64,000 nucleotides of DNA from Azolla caroliniana (Eukaryota > Plantae > Polypodiophyta): assembly GCA_043228905.1 (NCBI GenBank), contig JBHGNT010000007.1, forward strand, positions 20,956,001-21,020,000, read 5' to 3'. Below the pieces are notes generated by a model that saw only the letters and a list, made by a program, of their open reading frames with translations, made no database searches and was not told the origin of the DNA. Position numbers and translations under genes: made by a program. Numbering within the stretch: the first letter of the stretch is position 1; every line of letters starts with the position of its first letter. This document shows, piece by piece, positions 33,911 through 47,548 of the stretch.

Positions 33911-36900
33911 TATAAAGAATCAGGTATGATTCTTGTGTAGCGGAGTAGATGAGAGATAGAGAGAGTGATAGAGACAAGGAGTAAGACACAGAGAATACGC
34001 AAGGTAAAGTATATTAACAAAGGAGAAAGACTCAACATTATACAAGGTGGGAGGAGGGTGCTTTATATAGTCACCCTCTCTCTTCATTAACTACAAGACT
34101 CATGGAGCATGGGGAATGTGAAAGCTCACAGGTTATGTGTCATAAAATATGATTCTATGACTCATACTAAATGCTAGAATACAAAGTGGTGACATAATGG
34201 TGACTCTTGACTGTTGGAGTGTCTATTCACTCTCAAGGTGAGTTCACACACTAGACCAAGTTGAGCTTGATTCTCAACATGCCCCCTCAAGCTCAAGTCG
34301 GGTCAGTTTTAGACAGTATCCGAAGTCCACTTCGACTTGCATTCCAGAGTCCGCGTCGACTCGCGTTCCGGAGTCCGCGTTGACTTGCATTTATGCGGAG
34401 TTGCGGAATCCGTGCTCTAGCTTGCGTTGTGCGTAGTTGCGAAGTTTGTGCTTTGGCTTGCGTCTTTCTTCGCGGATTTGCGCGGTAGATCAGCTCTTCG
34501 CAACTTCATTGCGCGGTTTGCGGAATCCACGTGTTATTGCGTAGTGTGTGTAGTGTCTTCAGTACTCCCCCTCAAGCTTGGCAGGTCAGGGATCGTCAAT
34601 CCAAGATCGGTCATGAATTGCCATAGCTTGTCGGCTCCTAAGGCTATAGTGAAGATGTCGGACATTTGAAGGTTTGTGGTAATGTGTTGTAGGTCGACAT
34701 CGCCAGCTAGAACGCGCTCTCTCATGAAGTGATAGTGCACTTCGATGTGCTTTGTCCGTGCATGGAACACCAGGTTCCGAGCCAGATAGATACTACTCAT
34801 ATTGTCACAGTAAAGGGAAGTGGGATCCTTGATGGGTATGCCTAGATCCTTGAGTATCCTTTTGAGCCATACGGCTTCACATGCGGCCACTTCCGCACCC
34901 CTGTATTCCGCCTCTGTGCTAAAAAAGAGCAACGGTTGGTTGCTTTTTGTTGCTCCAGGATATTGCTCCGCTACCGAGGGAGAAAACAAATCCGGAGGTT
35001 GATCTTCTATCGGCTTTGTAACCGGCCCAATCGGCATCTGTGTACCCCTTGAGTCGTATTGGCATCGCGGTCTTGTAGAGGATGCCGCAATCCATTGTGC
35101 CCCTCACGTATCGTAGAGCTCGCTTAGCACAATCCAAGTGAGTATCACGCGGTGCTTGCATGAATTGGCTAAGGAGACTGACCGGATAACTGAGATCGAG
35201 TCGAGTGATCGTGAGGTAGATGAGACTCCCGATGAGTTGCCGATACTGAGTTTGAGATTGCGATCGAGCGGGGTTGTCGCGGATTTGCACTCAGCCATGC
35301 CGAACTTGTATAACAAGTTAAGGATGTAGTGCCGTTGAGAGATCATGATTCCGGCCGGAGTCCAAATTACCTCGATGCCGAGGAAGTAGTGGAGCTCCTT
35401 CATGTCCGTCATCTCGAACTTGTCGAAAAGGAGGGATTTGACCTTATTGATGTCGATTAGATGCTCACCGCCAATTACTAGGTCATCTACATATAAGATG
35501 ATGACGATCGAACTTGCAGAATCGCTTCTTATGAAGAGGGAGTTGTCCGATTTTGACATACGGAAGCTGATTTGATGAAGATATTGTGTTATCTTTGAAT
35601 GTCAAGCACGCGGTGCTTGCTTGAGGCCGTAGAGTGGCTTCTTGAGTCGGCATACAACTTTCGGATGGGTGCTCGAGTTGAAGCCGGGTGGTTGTATCAT
35701 GTACACCTCCTCTTCTAATTCACCTTGTAGAAAGGCGTGCTTGACATCCATTTGATGGAGGTGCCACCCTTTCGTCACGGCAAGCACAATTAGGGTCCGT
35801 ACCGTCTTCATCTTTGCCACCGGGGCAAAGGTCTCCTCATAGTCAACTCCGTGTGTTTGGGCGTAGCCTTTCACTACGAGTCGCGCTTTGTAGCGGTTGA
35901 CGGAACCGTCGGCGTTGTACTTCACTTTGTAAATCCATCTGCATCCGATCGCCTTTTTGTGTGGTGAGGTGGGAACGAGATCCCACGTCTCATTCTTGCG
36001 TAGTGCCTGCATCTCCTTGTTCATGGCTTCGATCCATCTCGGATCCTTGGCTGCTTCGGAAAATGTTTCCGGCTCGCGTACTGTTGCCACCTTCATCATA
36101 AAGGCATAGTGATATGTCATGTAGTCGTTGTAGCCGAATCGGCTGACCGGATTCTTTTCACGGGTGGAACGACGGAGCTTTTCATTTGCAGAGATGAGGG
36201 CTTTCTTAGCTCCGATTGGTACATCGAAGCCGCCGAACTCACTGTCAAGTGAGTGAGTCGATTCATCGTCGTCGAAGCGATCGTCTTCGTATTCCAACAT
36301 TTTCGCCTTGCCTTTGTCCATCTTTGGGCTAGGCCGTGATGTGCTTTGATCGCTCGGGGCTCTTGTGGCCCACTTAGCCTTGTGGTCATTGGGCTATCTT
36401 CGAACATGTCTTCGAGGCGATCTCCACCTTCTCGCTCTTGTTCGGCCAGTTCCGCGTCGATCAAGGTTGAAGTCGGAATCTTCTCTGGTGCATACCAGGA
36501 TGCGGATTCGTCGAACATGACGTCTCGACTTACTCGAACTTTTCGGGTAGATGGGTTGTAGAATTTGTACCCCTTTTGTTCAAGTGAGTATTCCACAAGG
36601 ATACATTTCTCCGACTTTGAATCTAGCTTTTGTCGCTTTTCGCCGGGTATGTGCACGTATGCTATCGTGCCGAATATCCGTGTGTGCGATAGATCCGGCT
36701 TCTTTCCAAAGTATTTTTCATTCGGAGTGGCCTCGTGCACTCCGGATGTTGTGCACCGGTTCATTAGGTAGACAACCGTATTGGTAGCTTCAGCCCAATA
36801 TGACTTGGGCATATGCTTCTCGTTCATCATGGCCCGCGCCACTTCAAGGATGTGCCAATTTTTGCTCTCAACTACTCCGTTGCGGAGTGTGTCAGCAAGT

Positions 36901-39309
36901 GAATTCTCGCCGAATTCCTTCCTTTCGGAGATACGCCGTGAAATCGTCCGAGAAGTACTCCTTGCTGCCATCCGATCGAAGGCATCGTACATGATGACCA
37001 GTGGCTTTTTCGACATTGTTTTTAAAACTTTGGAAGTGTCTAAACACTTTGCTCTTTTGCTGCATAGGATAGAGCCACGTGTGCCTGGAGAAGTCGTCGA
37101 TGAAGAGCACGTAATATCGGCATCCGCCGAATGTAGCCGTCTGTGCCGGTCCCCATAAGTGGGAATGGACTACGTCGAGTAGACCTTTGCTCACGTTCCG
37201 CTCTTTCAGGAATGGGTGTCGATGTTGCTTGCCGAATTGGCACGCTTCGCATACACCTTCAATCTCCTTCTCTTTGAATGTCGGGAGTCCGATGACGACT
37301 CCTTTCGATTTCATTGCTTTGAGACTAATGTGGCCGATTCGCTTGTGCCATAGCTCTATGTTGGAGTCGGCTTTCGTGCTTTTTGTGAACATAGTGGATT
37401 ACATCTCATGTGAATTGAGAATGAACATCCGGCCCTCTCTTCTTCCACGTGCGATGATTCCCTTGGTCGAATTGTACTTGCATCCCTTGCTCAACCATTT
37501 GTCCGACCGAGACCAAGTTTTTCGTGATGGTGGGAACATGCAAAACATTTTTTATGTATGTTTGCTTACCTCTTTCGCCAAACAGAACATTGCCGATGTG
37601 CTGAATTGGGTGCGTAGTGTCATCTCCGGTTTCCACATAACCGGGTCGCTCCGGCTCTCGAAGTTCGAGAAACCATTCTTTATGAGATGTCATATGGTTT
37701 GAGGCTCCGGAGTCAACAAACCATATGTCCTCCGGATTGAGCGCACTAGTTGAGGTAGAGGCCGACATAGAGTTTGCTCTATGTTTCATCATGAACATTT
37801 CGCCACGGTCGGAGTTGTGTGCATACATTTCGCCACGATCTTCATAGTCGGAGTTGTGCTTGTACATTCCACTATACTCTTCATAGTCAGAATTATGCGC
37901 GTAATTCGTGAGTTGTCGGCTTGTGGAGGCCGATTCGCGCATCTTCTTTCGGCACTCTTCTTTGTGGTGGCTGAAATTTCCGCAATATCTGCATTTGGTT
38001 GCATTTTGATGGCTCGGGCCGGAGTGGAAGCTCTCCCTTCTTGCGAAGGTTCCTCATTAGCTTCCGTTTTGCAGCTGAAATTGGAAGTTGTTGTCGTAGG
38101 TCGGACCTCGTCCGCCTCGTCCTTGGCCGAATCGGCCTCTCGCTTGTCTGCATCCTCTTCCTCCGTTCGAGTGCGTGTAGAGCATGTGGCCTTCCGACTC
38201 ATTGCTTCTTGTACGCACGTGGTTTTCTTCGACCAATAACATAGATTGAAGATCAAAGAAAGAGGGAGGATTCTCCCTTGCTAGGACAGCGGTTCTCATC
38301 GAGCTGAACCGTGGTGCAAGGCCGCCGAGGCATATTTGCACCATCTCATCATCATCCACATTGATGCTTATTGAGCCAAGCAAGTCACAAAGCTCCTTGA
38401 TCCTCAAGGTGTAGCTTGTGATGGTCATGTCCTGTTGTTGGATGTTGTTCAACTCTTGGCGGAGTTGAAGCTTCCTCGCGGTCATGTTGGCGGCGAAAAT
38501 CTTTCGTAGATTTTCCCACGCTTCCTTCAGCGTCTCGGGTTCTCAAATGTAACCGAGCATGTGGTCGTGAACACATGTCACCAAGCAATACATTACTCGA
38601 CTCGCCGCTTGCTCCCATGTTGAGTAGTCGGCGTCTTCCGGGTCGGGTCAGTTTTCTTGTGCTCCCTTGATGTAACCCCAATAGCCTTGGCCGACAAGGT
38701 ATTGGTGCATCTTGTACTCCCAAGATGCGAAGTTGTTTCGGTCCAACTTCTCGCTAGGGAGAGCGCTCCCCATTTGAGTGTTCATGGTCTTCGATGTAGA
38801 TTTCTTCCTTCTTCTTCTCACTTGAATACGAGCTATGTAATCGCACTACGATAGCGATGAGCCGATTCTTCTTGAACGTCGGCGTAGAGCTCAACACACG
38901 CAGATGGGCTAGATGGAACTACCAAACCGCTCTGATACCATGTAAAGAATCATGTATGATTCTTGTGTAGCGGAATAGGTCAAAGATAGAGAGAGTGAGA
39001 GAGACAAGGAGTAAGACACAGAGAATACGCAAGGTAAAGTATATTAACAAAGGAGAAAGACTCAACATTATACAAGGTGGGAGGAGGGTGCTTTATATAG
39101 TCACCCTCTCTCTTCATTAACTACAAGACTCATGGAGCATGGGGAATGTGAAAGCGCATAAGTTATGTGTCATAGAATATGATTCTATGACTCATACTAA
39201 ATGCTAGAATACAAAGTGGTGACATAATGGTGACTCTTGACTATTGGAGTGTCTATTCACTCTCAAGGTGAGTTCACACACTAGACCAAGTTGAGCTTGA
39301 TTCTCAACA
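33911..39309 (-). mobile_element. Full-length, degenerate Ty1/Copia retrotransposon
   Basis: 369-bp LTRs 33911-34279 and 38941-39309; TSD TGAAC/CGAAC; tRNA-Met PBS (TGGTATCAGAGC on minus, ending at 38940); PPT beside 34280. Gag, protease (VDSGASNHM), integrase, RT (YVDD) and RNase H (RTKHIEVHYHF) are present but frameshifted. Confidence 0.97.
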
Positions 39310-40417
39310 CGAACACATCTGGTGTCGTTTCGGCTGCCCTATCGAGCTCATTTGTGACCAAGGGAGTCACTTTCTAAATACGGTCATCAGCGAACTGACC
39401 CAACATTAGGTTGTGGTTCACAAACAAAGTACGTCATATTACCCACAGGCAAATGGCTTGGCAGAATCCACGAACAAAACCCTCCAAACTATCCTCAAAA
39501 AGATAGTCAATGAGAACTGAACGGATTGGGATACCAAATTGCATAGCGCGTTATGGGCATACCGTACCAGCTATAAGACCAGCATACAATCAACGCCTTT
39601 CAGGCTAGCATTTGGGCTGGAGGTCGTGATGCCAGTCGAATTCCAAGTACCCAGTCTACGGATTCAAGTACAAGCCCGGCTACCAGAGGGCAAATCTGAG
39701 CAAATATAGCTACAACAACTGCTAGAGCTAGGCGAAACGAGGTTACGCATTATGGCCATATTGGAGCAGGAATAGTGGCGGCGCAAAGCATTCGTGGACC
39801 AACACTAGCAGGCGCGGGAAAAATATTTTACAATTGGGAAAGCGGTATTAGTTTTCCAAACACGCATGGGGCATATGCCAGGAAAATTAAGATTCCGTTG
39901 GACAAGCCCGTACTGGATAGTGGGAGCGGAACAGGGTACATTTCAACTTGGCACGTTGGTCGGGGAAGTGTTACAACAAAAAGTGGATGGGTTTCACCTT
40001 AAACCTTATCTGGGACCTACGCCACCTAACCCGTTCCCCGCCGGACAGGACAAAGCCGGAGAATCCACGGAGTAAGTAGACGGCCCCACTTGTATTATAG
40101 TGTAAAAATAGTATTGTATGTAACCATTACGAAAAAGAAGAAGAAGGAGAAGATAGCGAAGCTATTAAAAGGACTTAAGGCATGCACAAACTTCTAGGCC
40201 AAGAACACGCAGCACCACGATGGCTCACCGATCAATGAACCCTAGGCCACAAAAAGAAGGAAATAGAAGGTTTTCTGCATTGTACAGAAACCAACCTTCT
40301 AACTTTGATCGCTCTGATCTCTCCCCTCCCTCACCCTCTTCTCCATCCTATCACAGAGCTCAAGTTCGCCATAGCCAGCAGTCCTCAGCCATTAGCCACG
40401 AGCCTAACCATCCGACT

Positions 40418-41520
40418 ATGCCGATACCTATTTCTGCCGCCTTGCGTCGATGGCTCGTGGAGAAACGCTTGGATGGATACATCAGAGTCGCCGAGGCACT
40501 TCCTCACCCTGACGCACTGGACATCGCTAGGAAGCTCAATATCAACATGGTCACCAACACATCCATCCGGAAAAAGCTTGACCTATCATCACTAGGAGAA
40601 AGGCATTTCGAAATTCCCCCTGTGGAAACTTTGTAGAGATATTTCGGGCCATATTTGACGTCCACCAAGGCATACAAAACGAAGGAAATCCCCGACCCCT
40701 TTTTCCGTGAAATAGCCAAGTTCCTATTGGAGGTCGGATGCGTACATGTAAATGCATATGGGATGCCCAAGCAGAAGGCAGGTATCATCATTGATACCTT
40801 TGAAGGGCACACGGTCGATTGGGGGGCCATTACGGAACCAGCATTATGGGAAGGCTTGCACGTGTATCAAGGAGGCAAAAAGCTAAGGCCTATCAGCCAA
40901 TAGTATTTGACGATACTATTCCCACCCTGAGGACTGCCGGCACCGCAGCCTAGCAAACCCACGTCGCCGCCACGATCCGCGAAGCGAAGGTTAGCGGAGT
41001 TGGCCACCACAGAGTGGGAAGATGAACCCAAACAAACACGCCAATAACATAGGAAGAATGGGCGGAGCGCAGTGAGGAAGCTGCGCAGGAGCCAGAAGCA
41101 GAGCCAAGTCAAGGAAGCTCGAGGCCGAAACGGCGGAGGCTGGATAGGAAAGATGGGCGCGGGTTGGTTAAAGACACACTCGCAGTCACAGAGATGATGA
41201 CCGTAGTCAACAGCTCCGTAGCTATGGAGCCCAATAGCACCTTTGAAATAATCCAGGAACCACGACCGATCATTACGGCCCAGTCACAGCAGGGGAAAGG
41301 CGTATTTACGGCGGAAAGCGAGGTCCTAGCATATCTGGACATTCCGAACATGGCCCATGAGTTTGGCACACTATTAAAGTTCGGAACCACTTTTGAACTC
41401 ATGGAATTTTTGGCAACACAACAAATCAAAGTCTCACAACGAATGGCCGAGGAGCACGCGGAGTGCCAAATGATCGAGCACGCGCTAACACAAACAGTGG
41501 AAAGCGATAATGAGGAGTAG
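40418..41520 (+). pseudogene. Additional ORF downstream of the Gypsy integrase
   Basis: MPIPISAALRRWL...HTVDWGAI...KKLRPISQ is one frame broken by stops, followed by an acidic/coiled segment. Confidence 0.55.
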
Positions 41521-41909
41521 TTAGCCAGAGTCGGCAGACTACGGAACGCCAGTATACGTTGAATGGGGATGGAACTACCCCCATTAAACGCGGCCCTTGT
41601 CGAAGTCCATGTCATTTTGTATTTGTCTTTCTCTCTAGCTCTCACTATCGTAACCCCCTTGGGAGGGGGCCCGTGGACTTCACTGTCAAAACTTGTATGA
41701 TAGCACGTGAGTTCATCAAAAGGGGTTTTAATTAATCAGTGAGATACAGAATATATATATACATAAGGGTATTAATAAAGATTTGAAAATATTTTTACAT
41801 AAGGGTATTATCAATTATGCTGAAAAAAAAATTACATAAGCCCATGAAATATTAGATATTTCAATGAGATAGTAAAGAATATATTATGCAAACAATACTT
41901 AAATTTGAA

Positions 41910-42464
41910 GTGGCATACATACATACATACATATACATGCATGCATCCATATATACCTACATTCAAACATTACATCCATGAATATGTATATACATACATA
42001 CATTACACCCATTTATACATGCATATTGACTAAACATAAATATATATTACCATATGTAAATATGTACATACACATACATACATGCATTACATACTACATA
42101 CATATTAGAATTGGCCATATATATTGACATACATATATAGATAATACATACATACATAAAAATTACATATTACATTTATACATACACTTCCTTACAAACA
42201 TATTTTATATATTACATATGTACAAATATATATTACCATATGTAAATACGTACATACACATACATGCATGCATTACATACTACATACATATTAGAATTGG
42301 CCATATATATTGACATACATACATAAAAATTACATATTACATTTATACATACACTTCCTTACAAACATATTTTATATAGTACATATTACACACATTTATT
42401 ATTATACACACAATTATATACAAATGCAAATATACAAACCAAACACAAATAAAATAAAATTCAT

Positions 42465-42502
<38 letters not shown>

Positions 42503-45332
42503 CACATACATACACATACACACATTCCATACATACACACACAAACATAACACACATCACACATGCATATCATATACATGCATATATACCTATAGGCTAC
42601 ATTCATATATCACACATCACACATGCATATATACCTACATCCATGAATATGTATATACATACATTACACTCATTTATACATACATATTAACTAAACATAA
42701 ATATATGTACAAATATATATTACCATATGTAAATATGTACATAATACATATAATAAAATTACATAATACATACATATATACATACACAAATGCATATATA
42801 CATACAAAACACACAAAAATAAATTACATATTATATATATATGTATACACATACACATACATATTAACACCTAAAGGCTAAGATTACATACTATATATAT
42901 ACAAATCGTCATACTTACAAACAAGTTACATATATATACACGTGCACACACATAAATAAATTAGATATTACATAGCATATATTACACAATATTCAAATTT
43001 ACACATACATAAATTACATATGTACATCCGTATTCCACATATCACCATATATATATGTATAGATTATACTGGACCATACAAACCACAATACTTATATATA
43101 TACATACTACACACACACACACACATTAGATATATGTATACTTACACACACATTAGATATGTATATGTATACTTACACATAAATAAATTAGATATTACAT
43201 AGCACATAATCCATACCTATTACACAATATACAAATTTACACATGCATAAATTACATATATACATACATAGATATATTACATATGTACATACATATTCTA
43301 CATATCACCATATGTATAGATCATACTAGACCATACAAACCACAATACTTACACACACACACACATTAGATATATGTATACTTACACATACATTGGATAT
43401 ATACATGCATATTACAAACATACATCCATATACGAGCCAAATACATATGTACTAAACATGAAAATATCCCAAAAATATACATACATAAATACATTACATA
43501 TATACACGTACATACATTCATACATTTACATATATATGACCACATACACGCACATACATACATACATTAGATATATATGCACATATTACAAACATATTCA
43601 TACTCATTAAATCATGTATATTGACATATACATATATGCATACACATACATACATTACATATGTACATACATATTCCACATATCACCATATATATATGTA
43701 CATATGCCTACAATGTTAAAAGTTTTACAAACATACATCCATACACATATATACATACATTACATACATGCATACACATAAATAAGTTACATACACATAC
43801 ATACATACATTTCATTACAGACTACAATACATACATGTATACTTACACATACATAAATATTATGAACACACTCATGTATGCATAGTACACTATTACACAT
43901 ACAAACATACATGCATTGCATATTACATATATATACATATGTACATGCATACATGTACATTCATGCATGTACATACATACATTGCATATGCATATATTAC
44001 AATCACATTCATATACATTGAATCATGTACATTGTCATATATATGCATACACATATTTACAATCATACATGGACATACCTATATTCATTTATATATTGCT
44101 ACTGTCTACATATACATAAATTAGATATATACATAAATATTACAATCACACATCCATACACATTGAATCATGTACATTGTCATATGGATATATGCATACA
44201 CATACATACATATGTGTATGTATACATACATACATTAGATATGGATATATGCATACACATATGTACATTCATATATGGACATACATATCTTCATTTATAC
44301 ATTGCTACACATACATACACATATATACATCAGATATCTACATAGATATTATGCATATATTACAATCACACTTCAATACACATTGAATCATGTACATTTG
44401 CATATGCATATATGCATACACATACATACATACATGACATATGCATATATGCATACACATATATACATTCGTACATGGACATACATATAGTCTTTTATAC
44501 ATTGCTACATGTACATACACATATGTACATACATACATACATATATATATACACCTACATATAGTCTTCTATACATACACACACATTGCATATGGATATA
44601 TGCATACACATATGTACATTCGTACATGGACATACATATATTCATTTATACATTGCTACATATACATACACATATATATATACTTAGATATTATGCACAT
44701 ATTACAATCACACACCCATACACATTGAATCATGTACATTTGCATATGCATATATGCATACACATACATACAGTCTTTTATAAATTGCTACATGTACATA
44801 CACATACATACATATTACAAACAAATATCCACACACACACACACACATACAAATATACATACATTACATATTACATATGCACATTCATATATTCATTCAT
44901 TCATATTTATTCATTGAAGCATACATATTTTATGCATACATTACATATATATATATTCATTCATTCATTCATTCATGCATGCATACATTATGTGCACATA
45001 CATACATAACATACATTCAAACATTCATGCTTTTTTATTTAGATATTTGCGGTCTCCTCCTTTGCTCCCTCCTCTTCTCTGCTCAATTTTGCGATTGCTT
45101 CTTCTCCCCTTCTTTTTGTCCTCGTTTTGCCGCCGCCTCTGTTCTCGTTTTGCCGCCGCTGCCGCTGCCATCGCTCGCCTTGTCGTGCCGCTTTTGCTCA
45201 CCATTATTCTCTATTGGGGCTGCCACAACTACTCTACAAATATTTTACAGGTACACATAAGTACAAACAGAAACCAACACATAAATTCTTAGCCACACAC
45301 AGACACGTACATACATACATACATACATACAT

Positions 45333-45366
<34 letters not shown>

Positions 45367-45760
45367 GCCATACATACAATAAATGAAATTAATACATTAC
45401 AATACAATATGTACATATATACACACATACCTATATACACATACATACACATTTACACATATAACACATACATACAATACAATATGTACACACATACATA
45501 CATACACATGGAATACAAACAATACATACATAAACACACACACACACATGTGTAGAATATACATACACACATATATGTTGTATGGAACATACATACACAC
45601 ATACCTATATACACATATATAGACTTACATACATACACATTTACACATATAACACATACATACAATACAATATGTGCACACATACATACATAAACACACA
45701 CACACACACACACACGTGTAGAATATACATACACATATGGACACATATATATGTTGTATG
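41910..45760. repeat. AC/AT-rich low-complexity microsatellite tract (resumes at 52037-52830)
   Basis: Degenerate (ACAT)n/(AC)n/(AT)n with local duplications; source of the spurious H/I/Y/T-rich ORFs. Confidence 0.95.
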
Positions 45761-45802
45761 AACAAATCTGATGCATCCCGAATAGGAGGAGAGGAAAACG
45801 AG

Positions 45803-47548
45803 ATGGAGGAACAGGGAAGAGAGAGAACGCAGCAGAGAGCCACCTCAACGACACAACAGGGGAACTCTAAAGAAGCAGCCCCGCCAACAGAATCTGAGGA
45901 GCGGCCTCTACCGATCGTATTCTCGACAGAAGAAGAGGCTGAATTCAAATCAGAGATTCAGCGCCTAACTCAACTCTCGGTGATCTGCAGAGTGGTGGGA
46001 GCTCGGCCGAATAGAGGTGAGTGTAAAGATTTATTACAAGCATCTATGCATGGATTAATTGGTAGAATAATAGATGTCCAATTCATGGGACGAGGATTTT
46101 ATCATGTGGAATTGGATACAATCGAATCAGTGGGAATAATGTTGGAGCATAGTCCTCTTGATGTAAGAGGTGCCCGTGCATTTGTGATGCCTTGGAAACA
46201 AGGTTTTAATCCGGTGGAGGCAATACGGAAAGGAGATCGGATATTTCCGTTAACGATTGTCTTCCCAGGATTACGTAAGGAGTATTTACCGATGCTTGAA
46301 GCAATAGCTTCAAGGATCGGAACTGTAGTGAGGGTCCAAGAAAGTATGGCTATGCGATTAAGTAAAATGTCAGGATTTCCGTCAGCCCGAATCTTGGTAG
46401 AATCACTCGAAAACTTACCGACAAAGGTAAGGCTACCAAATGAAGAAGGGGATTTTATAGAACAAAAGGTGGAGTTTGCCGGGCTCCCTGGACAATGCTT
46501 CTATTGTCGGCAAATGGGACATTTAGCCAAGAATTGCCCAAGGAGAAATATTAAATTGGGGGAAAAAAAACGTTGTTGCGAATATTGTAAACAAGAAGGG
46601 CATGAGGCAGATAAATGTCAAGAGAAACTAGCCTCAGATTGTATGGGTGTACGGGCACAAGGGGAAACAAGAGACACTCAATGGATAAATGTAAAGGCTA
46701 AGCATGGATGCAAGACACGTACGGTGCCTATGCAAGAGACGTGTCTCACCCCTAATGCGTATAATGCATTGGACATAGAAATTGATACACAAGAACAACC
46801 AACATCCACTACTGAGATAAGGGGGAAAATTGTTAGTACCATCCAACCAAATGATGGATGTGTCAAGGCAAAAACATTTCGTTCAAAAAGAACAATACAA
46901 TCACAAAAATTGGATAATGCGATCACAATAAGAACATGCGGGATGTTGAAGGAGGATACCGGAAATGGTGGCTTTTCCATACTTGATTATGCAGCCCCCT
47001 TTGGGCATGAGTTCACAAAACATTTGGGTGTTAAAGATGTTCATGAACCCAATGCAATAAGGGTCCATGTTTTATTTAGACAAAAACAAGTGGAAAACTC
47101 ATTGGTCGGTTATTCCTTTCCATTATGTGGTTATGAGAGAAATGACATATGGAATCAACCGAATGTTATGTTGGCCATGAGAGGACAAGTTTTGTATTTT
47201 GCCAAATACGTGCAAAATCCTCAATTGGGGGAAACAATATTGAGGGGGTTAGAGAATGCAAGTTGTTTAGTGGTTCCGTATTTGGATGCAGTGAACCGCA
47301 AGCATGTTGTATTGGATGTACCTTCCGATATATTGTTTGATTTTGGATATGTTTATATTCATGAAGATGATGTGCCGGAAAGCCAAGCCAAGGCTCGGGC
47401 CCATCATCATTGGAGATTCATTAAAGAAGGTTGTGACATACTCAAAAGCCAAATGGTGATTATGGGAGATGGGGGTGGCGTAAGCTCCGTGGAACCATCC
47501 TCTAAGACTCGTAGGATCGGGTCCGGTTCGGCCTCTAACAATTGTTGA
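45803..47548 (+). CDS. LINE ORF1 (DUF4283/RRM-like region, two CCHC zinc knuckles)
   Basis: VQFMGRGFYHVE...PW, CFYCRQMGHLAKNC, CEYCKQEGHEADKC. Start placed at the first ATG inside the element; the ORF-track start (45737) is outside it. Confidence 0.85.
   Translation: MEEQGRERTQQRATSTTQQGNSKEAAPPTESEERPLPIVFSTEEEAEFKSEIQRLTQLSVICRVVGARPNRGECKDLLQASMHGLIGRIIDVQFMGRGFYHVELDTIESVGIMLEHSPLDVRGARAFVMPWKQGFNPVEAIRKGDRIFPLTIVFPGLRKEYLPMLEAIASRIGTVVRVQESMAMRLSKMSGFPSARILVESLENLPTKVRLPNEEGDFIEQKVEFAGLPGQCFYCRQMGHLAKNCPRRNIKLGEKKRCCEYCKQEGHEADKCQEKLASDCMGVRAQGETRDTQWINVKAKHGCKTRTVPMQETCLTPNAYNALDIEIDTQEQPTSTTEIRGKIVSTIQPNDGCVKAKTFRSKRTIQSQKLDNAITIRTCGMLKEDTGNGGFSILDYAAPFGHEFTKHLGVKDVHEPNAIRVHVLFRQKQVENSLVGYSFPLCGYERNDIWNQPNVMLAMRGQVLYFAKYVQNPQLGETILRGLENASCLVVPYLDAVNRKHVVLDVPSDILFDFGYVYIHEDDVPESQAKARAHHHWRFIKEGCDILKSQMVIMGDGGGVSSVEPSSKTRRIGSGSASNNC

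Larger units (their letters stand above)
32670..41640 (+). mobile_element. 5'-truncated Gypsy element (RT end, RNase H, integrase, extra 3' ORF), split by a Copia
   Basis: FLGQIRW, FVDASDIAIG, ERNYSTTERE, VDHSAL, REAHCG..GGHY, PFQKWGL. The integrase frame AKFLYE-HIWCRFG rejoins across 33910/39315; then YYPQANGLAESTNK and TPFRLAFG. Confidence 0.9.

Noticed and set aside
41910-45760. Many H/I/Y/T- or C/V/M-rich ORFs (also 52000-52800 and 11738-12433)
   Set aside because: Translations of AC/AT or CT microsatellites.
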